Source: Octopus vulgaris | Taxonomy: Eukaryota | Assembly (NCBI GenBank): GCA_951406725.2 | Contig: OX597814.1 | Location: 82,212,001-82,276,000, forward strand | DNA: 64,000 nt | Reading direction: 5' to 3' | In this document: piece by piece, positions 14,748 to 27,954 of the stretch | Layout: every line of letters begins with the position of its first letter | Numbering within the stretch: the first letter of the stretch is position 1 | The notes under the pieces: model-generated | Told to the model about the DNA's origin: nothing | Database searches by the model: none | Seen by the model: the letters and a program-made list of their open reading frames with translations, nothing else | Program-made: the position numbers and the translations under genes

Positions 14748-16377
14748 TATCGGAGTTATGGGCATTGAAAGTGTACATGCATCAAGAAAGTGCAATGATA
14801 AGGTTTAGCAGTTGAAAACTGTGAGTAGTGAAATGCAGAATTAGGTCCGCTGATCGTGAGAATATAATATTGATCGCTTTGCTAAAAACTAACAACTCTA
14901 AGTGCAGGTACTATGGGTTGTTTCCCTAGGGTATTTAAAAAAAAATAGTTATATAAGGTAGACATAAAGAGCCCTTCCAGAGGCCGTATTATCGATTTTT
15001 TCAACAATCTATGTCACCAGGTTTTCAGAATGAGTTCTTTTGAAGTGTCAAGTTTCATCAAAATTAATAAAACTATCTAGGAGGACTTAGCTAACAACCA
15101 CAAACAAACACACACCGATTTTCCACATTTGTAGTATATATATATATACATATATAATGTGTGTATATATATATATATATATATATTCATATTTACTTTC
15201 TGCCCATTGTTTATGTGTGTGTGTGAGTGCGTGTGTGTGTATTCGTTATAAGCGACAAAGACACTATTTGTTCAGAATAGCAATCTATATATCATATTTA
15301 AAGCAGATACAGCTTTGAACCTCAATTAATCTGTGGTATTCAATTCAAGAAAGCCTTTATTTTTACCCTATAGTGTTTATAAAAAAATAGGAAAAAGCAC
15401 AAAAATAAATCAACAGCTGGCAATCGTCCAGCGGTGCCATTGCTAAGTATGTATTTCTGCTTCTTTGAATTCGTCAGTTACGCAAGTATCCATTGAAACC
15501 TCATGCTAAGAGAGAATCAGCTGCTACTGATTGCAATCAAAATTAGTTCAAAATTACAATCAGTATATCATACATAAAGTAGATATATCTTTGAAAGCCT
15601 GCTAAACTTCGTTATTCATCCCGAGAAAACATCTCTCATAGATGTATAATGTTAAAAGACACAGAACAAACATTTGGCAAAATATCAAGTAACCCACATA
15701 TGTTTTTCTTTTTTCTTCAGACTGCAGATCAGGATTCTGCAAAATTAATTACAAGACTATATTTGCAAATCGAATGTCTTGAAACTTGTTTTCCTGTTTA
15801 ACTCTTAACCCGAGTCCTAACACTAAACTCTAATTCTAACTTCTAAACCCCAAACTGTACCCAACTCCAAAATTCATAATCTTTACACTAAACCCTACTA
15901 TTATTTTAGAATCACATCCTCCTATGTCTATGCTGTAAACCCAAACTAGAATATCTAAGTTTAAAAGGTTTTAATCAACTAAAAATACAGTAATCTACAA
16001 TATAAAGATTGTTAAATTGTAAGCAAAACTAAACTTCGACGCAATAACAGTTTCATGCAGCAAGTTGCTACAGTCTCGACTAACTAAAAACTAACACTGA
16101 ACATGTTGTGCCGTAAACAGAACAGAACTCTGCGCAGTTGCATTGCAGGCAAATATCAGCAATCGAGACAATCAAAGTCACGTGATCAAAACTAAAATCA
16201 CAACAGTCTAAAACATAATTCTGAAAAAGAAAGACTAAAAAGAAACAATTCAAAACTAAAAATGTTAGGGAGAGAATGAAAAATAAATATCGGAACTTTT
16301 GAAGATATTTTACTTTGTAGACTATTATAATTTTCAATGCTTAAAACCATAAAATCGTAAGAAACTTTAAACATACA

Positions 16378-16501
<124 letters not shown>

Positions 16502-17771
16502 CATACAGGGTGTGCCGAGTTCGAAACCCTGAGTTAGTTTCACAGTTTTTTTTCTTAATGGGAGTGAATATTTCCCAGAGAAATTTTATCGCTATGCAAC
16601 TATTGATTTACTGGCAACGTCGGTTTTTGGGCTTTTTTTTTTTTTCGATTAGTATATGAGTCTTTGTATTTGCATAATTAGTATATGAGTCTTTGTATTG
16701 CATAATTAACTCTTGCCATTCTCAATTGATATCTTTAAGCTCTTTTTCTTCAAAAATATAAGGAAATTTCATGGCCAGTAATATAACAGTGAAGATGGCT
16801 GATCTTGAAAAATATTGTAGTAAGCAGCATACTAGATTTTAAAAACCGTTTGTAACATCTTATTGTATTCAATGTCTACAGCTAAAATTATAGTCATTGG
16901 GTTAGGATTCTTGAAGAATATTCGAGAAAGATACTTTCAGTACTGGCCCTGCGAAATAGTTCGCTTAATGGAAGGTGAATTGGAGATTATTAATAACTTG
17001 CAATATGATATATCTTCATCTTTTACTATTTTTAATAAAATTAACAAATGTACTCGTTACACTAGTGTTGACAAAGGTAGAAATTCCTGGCTTGAAATTT
17101 TAAATTTATCTTATTTGCATATGACATAGATGGCAGAATCGTTAGCACACCGGACAAAAATGCTTAGTGACATTTCTTCCGGATTTGCATTATCAGTTGA
17201 TTTTGCCTCCCATTCTTTCGGATTCGATAAAATAAGCACCAATAGAGCGCTTAAGTCGATGTAATCGACTAGTGCCCACCAAAAAATTTCAGGCCTGGTG
17301 CCGACAGTATAAATGATTCACATATGGCATAACAGAAGTTAGAACTACTAATTATATTTTAACATGATTCTGATATTGTAAATAAGGAAATAGCCCTTAT
17401 AATGCTGAAGCAAATTTGTCATTAATTCAATATTTTTTCGGCTACTCGCAGCAGTGATAAATATTAAGTGTAGCTATGATGCAAAACATTTTTTAAATCA
17501 GACTGGATAAATTCCTAGAGTTCTGCATATTCAAATAATCTTTTCGGGATTGTTGAATATAAAATTTTAATCAGATCCTCTGAAGAAATTGGAGTTTCAT
17601 AACATGCATAATGTTGCACGTAATTGCTCCGAACAATATGCACGTATTTGTGTTAATATATATTTGTGTGTGTATGTATGCATGTTGTACAGTATGACTG
17701 TATGTATGCATGTATCTTTATGTATAAATATATATGTGTGTAATATGTACGTGTGTATATATATACATATA

Positions 17772-17985
17772 TATCTGTAAATGCAATATGTGACAACTAT
17801 TCGGTGGCCGGATAACTGAGAAATGGCGGCGGCGTGGATTTCCACCTCGATATCCGAAACTCGGAGTTTTATTATGGCAACCGAATAATTATCACATACT
17901 ACATTTACAGATAAATTCCTCTACTTACATAACATCGAGGTCTCTTTCATTCTTTTGTTGTCTTACCTTTTTATCAATAATAATT
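17772..17985 (+). repeat. ~38 bp fold-back element with tail
   Basis: Arms 17772-17809 and 17876-17913. The tail TAAATTCCTCTA...ATCGAGGTCTC also occurs at 13133 (+) and 13470 (-). Confidence 0.8.
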
Positions 17986-17987
17986 AT

Positions 17988-18046
<59 letters not shown>

Positions 18047-18060
18047 TATATATATATATA

Positions 18061-18125
<65 letters not shown>

Positions 18126-18325
18126 TACATACATACCATACATAGCAACAAGATATATAATTTTTAAATTTCGTTTTTCTCCTTATAGGAATCGCAAAAA
18201 TAAAATAAATATAGAGCTGCAAATAGAAGTGCTCAAGTAAAAAACCGCGGCAAAAGACAAACTCAGTGGTTAAAAAATAAACATCAGAATTGTGTAGATG
18301 TAGATAAGTGTGTATGCATTTATAA

Positions 18326-18360
<35 letters not shown>

Positions 18361-18363
18361 TAA

Positions 18364-18468
<105 letters not shown>

Positions 18469-18573
18469 CAGAGATGATATACACACACATTTATAAATAT
18501 ACATATATGCATGTGTAGATATTTATACACATAAAAATACATTTATATACATATATATGCATCTATAGATGTG

Positions 18574-18656
<83 letters not shown>

Positions 18657-18750
18657 ATCCACAAATATATATATACACGTACACACACACACATAGATAT
18701 ATGCAGGCGCACATACAGATAAATATACAGATAAATATATGCCCAACTCT

Positions 18751-18782
<32 letters not shown>

Positions 18783-20019
18783 TACACACACACACTTTCA
18801 AAGAATTGCAGCGCAAATTTGAGGGAGTATTCACTGCTATTTCTAGACTTTTTGGAGTGGGGAGCTCCACTCTCAAAACCTATCTTGATTACCCCCTTCA
18901 TTTTCGTGTCACTGTTTTTTTGTTTAGCCCCAGGCCATCTCTGGCTGAGCAGATGTTCCATCCTCGGTCATTTCATCCTTTTCTCGAGACTTGTGTACCG
19001 AAAATTCTATAGTCTAATATGTCCCTTCCTTTTCAAAAGAATAGGGAGTAAAACCCATCATATCCAGCAGGTCCGACGACCAAATAGTGGCGCATTCGTT
19101 AACTCATTTCTTACTGTGTTCAATTTCTCCTTAAATCCCTATAGTCTTTCTTTTTTTACTTTCTTCTTTTCTCGTCTCATTCTCAATTTCGCTTCTATTT
19201 TCCTTTCATTCTTCCTTTTTATTCCTTTTCTCTTTTAATTCTCTTTTCGCTGCTTCTTCTTCTTTCTTTTCCTTTCTTTTTTTTTTTCGCTTTCTCCTCT
19301 TTTCTTCTTCTTCTTCTTCTTCTTCTTCTTCTTCTTCTTCTTCTTCTTCTTCTTCTTCTTCTTCTTCTTCTTCTTCTTCTTCTTCTTCTTCTTCTTTTTC
19401 TTCTTCTTCTGCCTCTTTTTCTTCCCTTTCTACTTCTAGTTCTTCCCTCTATGTTTGTCTCCCTGTTTCTATCTATTTGTCTCCCCCACCTCTCTCTCTC
19501 TCTCTCTTTCTCCCTCTCACTTTTCACTTCCCTTTCCTTCTCTCTTCTCCCGATATCCTTTCTCTGCTTTTTCTTTTTTTATTTAATAATTATAATTTTT
19601 GTTCCTTCGTTGAGCCAGTCTTTCTTTCCTTCCCCACAACTACCACCCCGCACACCCAACACTTACCCTCCATTTTCTTTAGCATCATTTATTTTGTTCA
19701 TTGTTCAGAGCAGGTGCGTCGTTTTGCACCAATCACAAAGGTGATAACCGCACACAAAGACAACATGAAAATTATAATTTATATATATACGTGTGTGTGT
19801 GCATGCATGTGTATGTATGTGAATACGTGTATATAAACACACACACATACTATGTATGTAAGTATGTATGTATGTATGTATGTATGTATGTATGTATGTA
19901 TGTATGTATGTATAGGTAGAGTGCAATAATATCATTTGTGTCAGTCGTCACTCAGATCCAACTTTGATTATATGTGTATGTGCTTATGATTATCAATCAT
20001 ACACATACACACATATAAT

Positions 20020-20062
<43 letters not shown>

Positions 20063-20068
<6 letters not shown>

Positions 20069-21769
20069 AATAAAATAGAACATATGCATATATATAAACA
20101 TATATGTACGTACCTACCTCTACATGTACATATACACGCATATATGTGTACAGGACACCAAAAAGACGTCGAACACATAGAGAGACGAAAAACATAGACA
20201 CAAACCAAGGAACAGGACAAGCAAAAAAGAAAAATAGAGAGATGCAGGACAATAAGCACAACGAAAAATCCCCTTCTTCAGTCGCTAAGGTTTCATCTAC
20301 TCTACGTTTCGAAGGATAAAAGCGAGACGTATACTTCGAAGAAACTTCCTTCCTGCGAAAAGCAAATCAATTAAAATTCTGAGATCTTTTCGCAGAGGGG
20401 TAAAAAATGGTAAAAAAAAGCAAGACGGTAACGACAGTACAAACATATAAACAGTAAAAAAAAATTATATATAAACAGTTGAAAAATAAATATATAACAG
20501 TGAGAGACAGGACAAGGAGAACAAGATAAGAAGAGCTGTTTACGCCAGACGAAAAAAGTAATGCAAACGCTGGATTATAGTGGACGACGAGAGAGAAAGA
20601 ATGTCGACCAGTGGCCTTAGAAGGCGGGCGAGAAAAGACAGGATAGCAGTTACGACGGAAGTATCGTCGCAGATGGACGACGGGAATGGGGGAGGAGGAG
20701 CAAGAGGAAGAGAGAGAAGGGGAATGGTGCGAGGAGACCATGAATAATGGTGAGGGGGAGAGAGAGAATGAAGAATGAGAGAGAGAGGAAGAGACAAGTT
20801 AAGTGAGGGAAAAAGGACGAAAAAGGGAATGGGAGAGAAAGAAAGAAAGATGCAGAGTCGCGTGAGAGTTAATATCAAGGCTAACTTGATAAACAGAACA
20901 ATCTTACTTAATAGGGTGCGTGCGTTTAGTCGTATAATATGTTAATAAAATAGAACATATGCATATATATAAACATATATGTACGTACCTACCTCTACAT
21001 GTACATATACACGCATATATGTGTACAGGACACCAAAAAGACGTCGAACACATAGAGAGACGAAAAACATAGACACAAACCAAGGAACAGGACAAGCAAA
21101 AAAGAAAAATAGAGAGATACAGGACAATAAGCACAACGAAAAATCCCCTTCTTCAGTCGCTAAGGTTTCATCTACTCTACGTTTCGAAGGATAAAAGCGA
21201 GACGTATACTTCGAAGAAACTTCCTTCCTGCGAAAAGCAAATCAATTAAAATTCTGAGATCTTTTCGCAGAGGGGTAAAAAATGGTAAAAAAAGCAAGAC
21301 GGTAACGACAGTACAAACATATAAACAGTAAAAAAAAATTATATATAAACAGTTGAAAAATAAATATATAACAGTGAGAGACAGGACAAGGAGAACAAGA
21401 TAAGAAGAGCTGTTTACGCCAGACGAAAAAAGTAATGCAAACGCTGGATTATAGTGGACGACGAGAGAGAAAGAATGTCGACCAGTGGCCTTAGAAGGCG
21501 GGCGAGAAAAGACAGGATAGCAGTTACGACGGAAGTATCGTCGCAGATGGACGACGGGAATGGGGGAGGAGGAGCAAGAGGAAGAGAGAGAAGGGGAATG
21601 GTGCGAGGAGACCATGAATAATGGTGAGGGGGAGAGAGAGAATGAAGAATGAGAGAGAGAGGAAGAGACAAGTTAAGTGAGGGAAAAAGGACGAAAAAGG
21701 GAATGGGAGAGAAAGAAAGAAAGATGCAGAGTCGCGTGAGAGTTAATATCAAGGCTAACTTGATAAACA

Positions 21770-21772
<3 letters not shown>
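20063..21772. repeat. Near-identical tandem duplication, period ~875 bp
   Basis: 20063-20898 versus 20938-21772; about two differences seen. Related sequence at about 57850-58540 in the opposite orientation. Confidence 0.93.
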
Positions 21773-21821
<49 letters not shown>

Positions 21822-21940
21822 GTATGTATATGCTTATGTGTGTGTGTGTGCACGCGCGCGTATATTCGTTTGTGTACGTACGGATGTATAGAAATGATAA
21901 TTATATATATTTATTTACATATGCATAAACACAGACAGAC

Positions 21941-22028
<88 letters not shown>

Positions 22029-22236
22029 GACCGTGACCTAATCCTCCGCCCGTCTCTATCTTTAAAGGAATGTCACTGTACCATCTGTTAAATGGGTGAC
22101 GTATGTCTTCACAGGGCGACCAACACGGTTTCCACTCAGTCGAGGTGTCCAAAGTAGGGTGTCCCCAACCAGCTCTTTCTTACTTGTCCAGCAGTGTCCA
22201 GCAACACGAATTATTGTTTTCTCTAATGGTGTCTTA

Positions 22237-22489
22237 GTGGGGGCGCGTGGCTCAGTGTTGGACTCATGATCGTATGGTTGTGGTTTCGATTCCTGGACCG
22301 GGCGATCCGTTGCGTTCTTCAGTAAAACGCTTCATTTCACTTTGCTCCAGTCCACTCAGCTGGCAAAAATGAGTAACCCTGCAATGGACCGGCATCCTGT
22401 CCAGGCGGGGAATATATACGCCATGAAACCAGGAAACTGGCCCTTGTGAGTCAGCATGGCTCGAGAAGGTACCTTCGCCTTTACCTTAC
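22237..22489 (+). mobile_element. Family B SINE, third tail type, with 14 bp TSD
   Basis: TSD CTAATGGTG(T/C)CTTA at 22223 and 22490. Confidence 0.82.
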
Positions 22490-23363
22490 CTAATGGTGCC
22501 TTATGAGCTTATTAGATTATCTTTCATATTTTACTTATTTTAGTCATTGGGCTGCAGTCATGCTGGGGCACCAGCTTGAAGGGTTTAGTAGAACAAATCG
22601 ACTCCAGTACATATTTTTTAAGCCTGGTACTTATACTATCGGTCTCTTTTTACCGAACCGCTAAGTTACAGGAAATAAACAAGCCACCATTGATGGTGGA
22701 TGACAAGCACAAACACAATGATACACTTGAATATATATATGATATATCTGTGTGTAAATGTATGTATGTATGTATGTATACGACCGGCTTCCACACAATT
22801 TCCATCTGCCTAATTCACTCACTATGCTTTGGTCAGCCCGGAGATATAGTAGGAAACACTTGCCCAAGGTGCCGTGCAGTGGAGCTGAACCCAAGACCGC
22901 ATGTTTGGGAAGCATACCTCTCATCCACAAAAACACGCCTCTTTGATTGAGTGTTCATTTCAGAACATTTCAAAACGGAGCAAAGCAAGCATGTGTTGAT
23001 GACATCCGTCATAATTTTAAACCTTCTGAATAGATTCCAGATGGAAGAGCCATAAGGTAACATAGATTCAAACATTGTGGGGAAAAAGTTCCATTTCAGA
23101 TTCTACTAAAACCTTAGAATTCTGTAATTACGCAGAGACATTTGAGTACTGTCCAAGCTTTGCTGATATGTAAACATGTTACACCAATCTTGCCTTGATT
23201 GTGATTGCAGTGCTTGCCCTACATGCGTGTGTACATGTATGTACTTATGAAAAGCTGCAAACACCTTATAGAACTGGCTACTATAGATATTATTCCTCCA
23301 TCGAGAGACAGATACACACACACACACACGGGGTCGTCATTCAAAGGCTAAAGCAATGCGAAC

Positions 23364-23443
<80 letters not shown>

Positions 23444-25344
23444 AGATGGTGATTTGAAGCCGGTGTGAAATGTACTCAGTACTGCATGAGGGCGCGTGGG
23501 CAAGTGATCACTCATGATCGCAAGATCGTAATTTCGATTCCCACACCGGCCCGAAAGACACTTTAACACCTACTTTAATGTGACCAGCAACAGAGCAAAT
23601 AATATGTAACTATTAATTATAATAAGAAGAAAATTACATACTGAAACGTTTCATACATACTCTCATTCACACAGAAGGACACGCTCATTTACGCATACTC
23701 GCGTGAACGTATATACGCGTGCTTATGCGTCATGCAGGCGCACACGTCGACACGAGCGTACAGAATTACAAAAGTGACCGGCATTTTATTCCACTTTTAC
23801 AATATTTACAAACGAGTAGCACACTTACACATGCATATACACTAACTCGCATAAACAGCTGACATCAACCATGTTTCGCTTACATTCAATTTACCTATGC
23901 TTTGCCCTTCTTTCTCTACGTCTCTCTCACTCTCTCTCTCTCTTCTTCCCACCTCTCTCTCCTTCTCACCCACTCTCTCAATCTCCAACAATTATTCATT
24001 CACATAAATTCATACCTGAACGCACAAGCAAATCGCTAGAAAACCATAGATTACAATATACACAAAAGTGTTTTCATTGTCACATTAATTGTAGTGGTGG
24101 TTAGGAAGGTGAAGTAGCCCTGGAAATGATGATATGGCTTTGTTAGAGCGATAGAGAAGTTATCCATATTTAAGAAGAAACATATATACGTGAGTACAAA
24201 GCGAGTTTGTTGTTGTCGCTGTTGTTATCGACCGAGGTGCTTCCAGCCATAACTATCTCGTTTTCATCCTGACATCTTATCAAATATGTCTTTAATTTAT
24301 TTTAGAAATTTAAGAGTCTGATTTGAGGAAGGCATGGATACTATTTCTACCATGTCATGAAACCGGGTTTTAGCTCCCTTCGTTAGTTTCTGTTGTTCAA
24401 TTGAACGTAAGCGTATCTGTATGATGGCAGACATGTATAAGTATGCAGCAAAAGGCGGGGTTTGGCATATGCCAATAGATGATAATGGTAGATATATAAA
24501 CAATGAGAAGAGAGAGAAGTGAAGAGAGCGGTATGGAGAGAGATAAGAGAGCGGAGAGAGCGCTGATGGGTGCTTCCGTTCTTGACAATTCCATTCCTGG
24601 TTACTTTAAACGATTTACTTATTTAATTAGTTTTTTGGGGTTTTTTTTTCCTTTCTTTCTTTTTTTAAATCTTGTTTTCTGTTACCAAGGTGTGTGTCTT
24701 TTATTTCTGAAGCAGAGACGAAGAGTGGTGATTGGGGTACTGGTGCAGATAGATGGATGGATGGACGGACGGACGGACGGACGAATGGGACAATGGTGGT
24801 GACTGGCGAATTGGACAGACAGACGAACTGACGGTCGGACAGACGAATAAGTGGATAGAGGGATTGGTGGATGAATGAATAAAAATAACGGGTGGTTTGG
24901 CAGACGACTGGGTGAGTGGATGGATAAATGAAATGGTGGATGAATTGATGGATGGATGAATGGGGTGATAGATGGAGGAATGGATGAATAGAGGGAAGGA
25001 CGGAGGGACAACTAACTGATATATGGATAGCTGGATGGATGGATATTGAAGGGATGGTGAGAGGAAAGGACGGATGGATATATGGGTATGTGAACTGACA
25101 TAGCTAATTTATAAAAAAAAAAGACAAGAAACCCATCGACTTTACCGCCAAATTTTCCGCAAATGACGTCGTAATATTCTATATAAAAGAAGCATGTAGT
25201 TAATGTAATCAACTTAACATTAGACATTAATATAGACATCATATAAAGTTGTATGCTTTTCATGTAGACTTATGTTGTTACTCTGGACATATTTGAAACC
25301 AATATCTGATTCTAGAGGTGGATCACCTTCAAGTGAATAGAATT

Positions 25345-25384
<40 letters not shown>

Positions 25385-25443
25385 GTGAGTCTGTGAGAGA
25401 GAGTGAGTAAGTGAGAGAGTGAGTCAGTGAGAGAGAGAGAGAC

Positions 25444-25486
<43 letters not shown>

Positions 25487-25944
25487 TGGCATTTGAATTT
25501 TGTAAATTTTGTGTATTAACCCAAAAATCATATTGTGTGTATTAACATGTTTTGATATTGCTCATTAGAAATATAAACAAAGTAAAAATATTGCGCGAAC
25601 TGGCAGAATCGTTATCACGCGGGACAAAATGCATATCGGCATTTCCTTCGGCTTTATGTTCTGAGTTCAAATTCCGCTGAGGTCGACTTAGCCTTTCGTC
25701 CTTTCAGAGTCGATAAAATAAATACCTGGTGAACACTAGGATCAATGTAATTGATTAATCCTCTTCTCCCAAAATTTCAGGCTTTGTGCTTTATAGCAGA
25801 AAGGGGTTATCATTATTTATTTACTAACCCCGTTCTATCCTTGTTCATATTTTCACATTTTTGCAGTTTCTAAACCAATTCTTTAATGTCTAAATGAAAT
25901 TACTTTCCAACTTAATATATATATTTTTTTGGTCTTTTTTCTAG

Positions 25945-27005
25945 TTACCCTAGAACTTAACTGTTTGGATGCTAACTGCCACCGGGTACCGCAGCATGTG
26001 ATTGCTCCAGTTACTAAAGAGAAGCTGAGTCCTTGTCAACCTTGTGTCATCGATCTGCCTCATTCCAGTCACTCACCAAGTACCAGTCCCTCTCAAGCAC
26101 CGCGCCAACTTGACCTGCCAGGATGGCCGACACAGACTTTATTACCACCTCATTCCTTACATCATCATCCAAACCCACCAGGCTATGTATCAACTCACTG
26201 TTCGATTCCAACACTTCCACCAATAACTTCGCCGAACGATCCTCATTTCCCGCTACATCTCTACAAACAAGACGCCGCTCTCTACCGGCGTTCTCACTTT
26301 ATACCTTGCCTTCCAATTATTCCCAGTGCTGTACATCATCATAATTCTCCATGTTTCTCGAGATTAACGCCGAGTCCGGATCGACTGTTTCCGGAAAGCA
26401 AACGAATCGACAGGTATGATTTCGATGCGAAACTCTCCCAACAGCACTTAGATTTATTATTAATGAACATGTCTCCAACATCTTCACTTGAACATTCGCC
26501 GCGTAGCATTGATTCAACGGTCTCCGTTGAGAAAAGAAAAGCACGCAATAGCTCCGACAGCGAATTAACATCGCGTTTTGTTTGTGAAGCATGCAACAAA
26601 AGCTATTCTACATTAAGTGGTCTTTCCAGACACAAACAGTATCATTGCAGCACTCAAGTGAAAAAAGAATTTAATTGTAAATACTGCAACAAGACATACC
26701 TGTCTCTTGGTGCGTTGAAAATGCATATTCGGACTCATACACTTCCGTGCAAGTGTAAAGTATGCGGTAAAGCCTTTTCTAGACCTTGGTTACTGCAGGG
26801 CCACATAAGGACACATACTGGAGAAAAGCCTTTTAAATGTACTCATTGTGGCCGAGCATTCGCCGATAGATCAAATCTCAGAGCTCATTTCCAAACACAT
26901 TCAGACGTAAAAAAATACAGCTGTAAAGCATGTACGAAGACATTCTCTAGAATGTCGCTACTTTCGAAACACGAGGAAAGTAGCTGTCATCGACTCGTAC
27001 GATAG
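25945..27005 (+). CDS. snail: Snail-family C2H2 zinc-finger transcription factor, main coding exon
   Basis: Five fingers: [90 protein letters not shown], and a C2HC finger [22 protein letters not shown]. These match the Snail/Slug signature rather than Scratch. Pro/Ser/His-rich N-terminal half. Pyrimidine tract + CTAG acceptor ends at 25944 (phase 1). First in-frame ATG is only at 26463. Stop TAG at 27003-27005. Confidence 0.93.
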
Positions 27006-27506
27006 AATCTTCATATGAAAAAAAAAAAAAAGATTAATGTATTCAAGGTGGTGCTCCAGCATGGCCACAGTCAGCTGACTGAAACGAGTAAAAGAATAAA
27101 AGAATATTATTGCCTCGTTTGAGGTGATTTCCTTAGAGTAAGAAGTAAATACCCGGCCGACCAAATCCGTCATTGAACTGGTTCTGATACATGGTTGAAG
27201 TAATCTCACTTCACTTACTCTAACAATGCTAATGAGAAAAACAAACCCACTACAATGTCCAATTTCCCACTCCCGTTTAAATTGGGAGTCTTGAACTTGC
27301 TCAAAAATATCCCAATATCATTATCTAACTTTCAAGATCTCGTTAAAAAATGAATAATATTGGAAATTAAATGTTTCCTGATCAAAGCAATATGTAAATG
27401 CTAATGTATGTGAGTGTACATATGCATATATTTTCTTCCGTATATGTATAAATATTTATGAACGTGTATACGATCCTGCGATGTTCACAGGCATGTACAT
27501 ATATAT

Positions 27507-27537
<31 letters not shown>

Positions 27538-27692
27538 AAGCATGATGATATTGCAATACAGTGAAAGAGAAGTCAAAAGACACTTATATATTTACATTAG
27601 GCAGACATGCACAAACATATAAACACAGACATATAAAGCTACACAAAGACAAATATACACTCCTAAGTAGATAGATTGAAAAAGAGAGGGGT

Positions 27693-27760
<68 letters not shown>

Positions 27761-27895
27761 GGACAGACAAACAGAGACAGACAGACTAACAGACTGACAG
27801 ACAAATAGTGAGAGCATGTGGATAGATCACTACACAAACATAAAATCATGATAAGCATAGTCAAAAAATAAAGATGTGCAATATCCTAACCAAAA

Positions 27896-27954
<59 letters not shown>

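Noticed and set aside
17812-17875. Hammerhead from ATAA-CTGAGA...GAAACTCGGAGTT-TTAT
   Set aside because: The core lacks N7 and stem II does not abut it; suggestive only.
18953-19012. MFHPRSFHPF as a Snail SNAG exon
   Set aside because: Only PRSF matches; SNAG needs MPRSFL at the very N-terminus followed by basic residues, and there is no good donor site.
20265-20350. Hammerhead from CGAAACGTA...CTGAAGA (minus strand; similar at 58408-58445)
   Set aside because: Both core words are present but I could not form stem I in any permutation.
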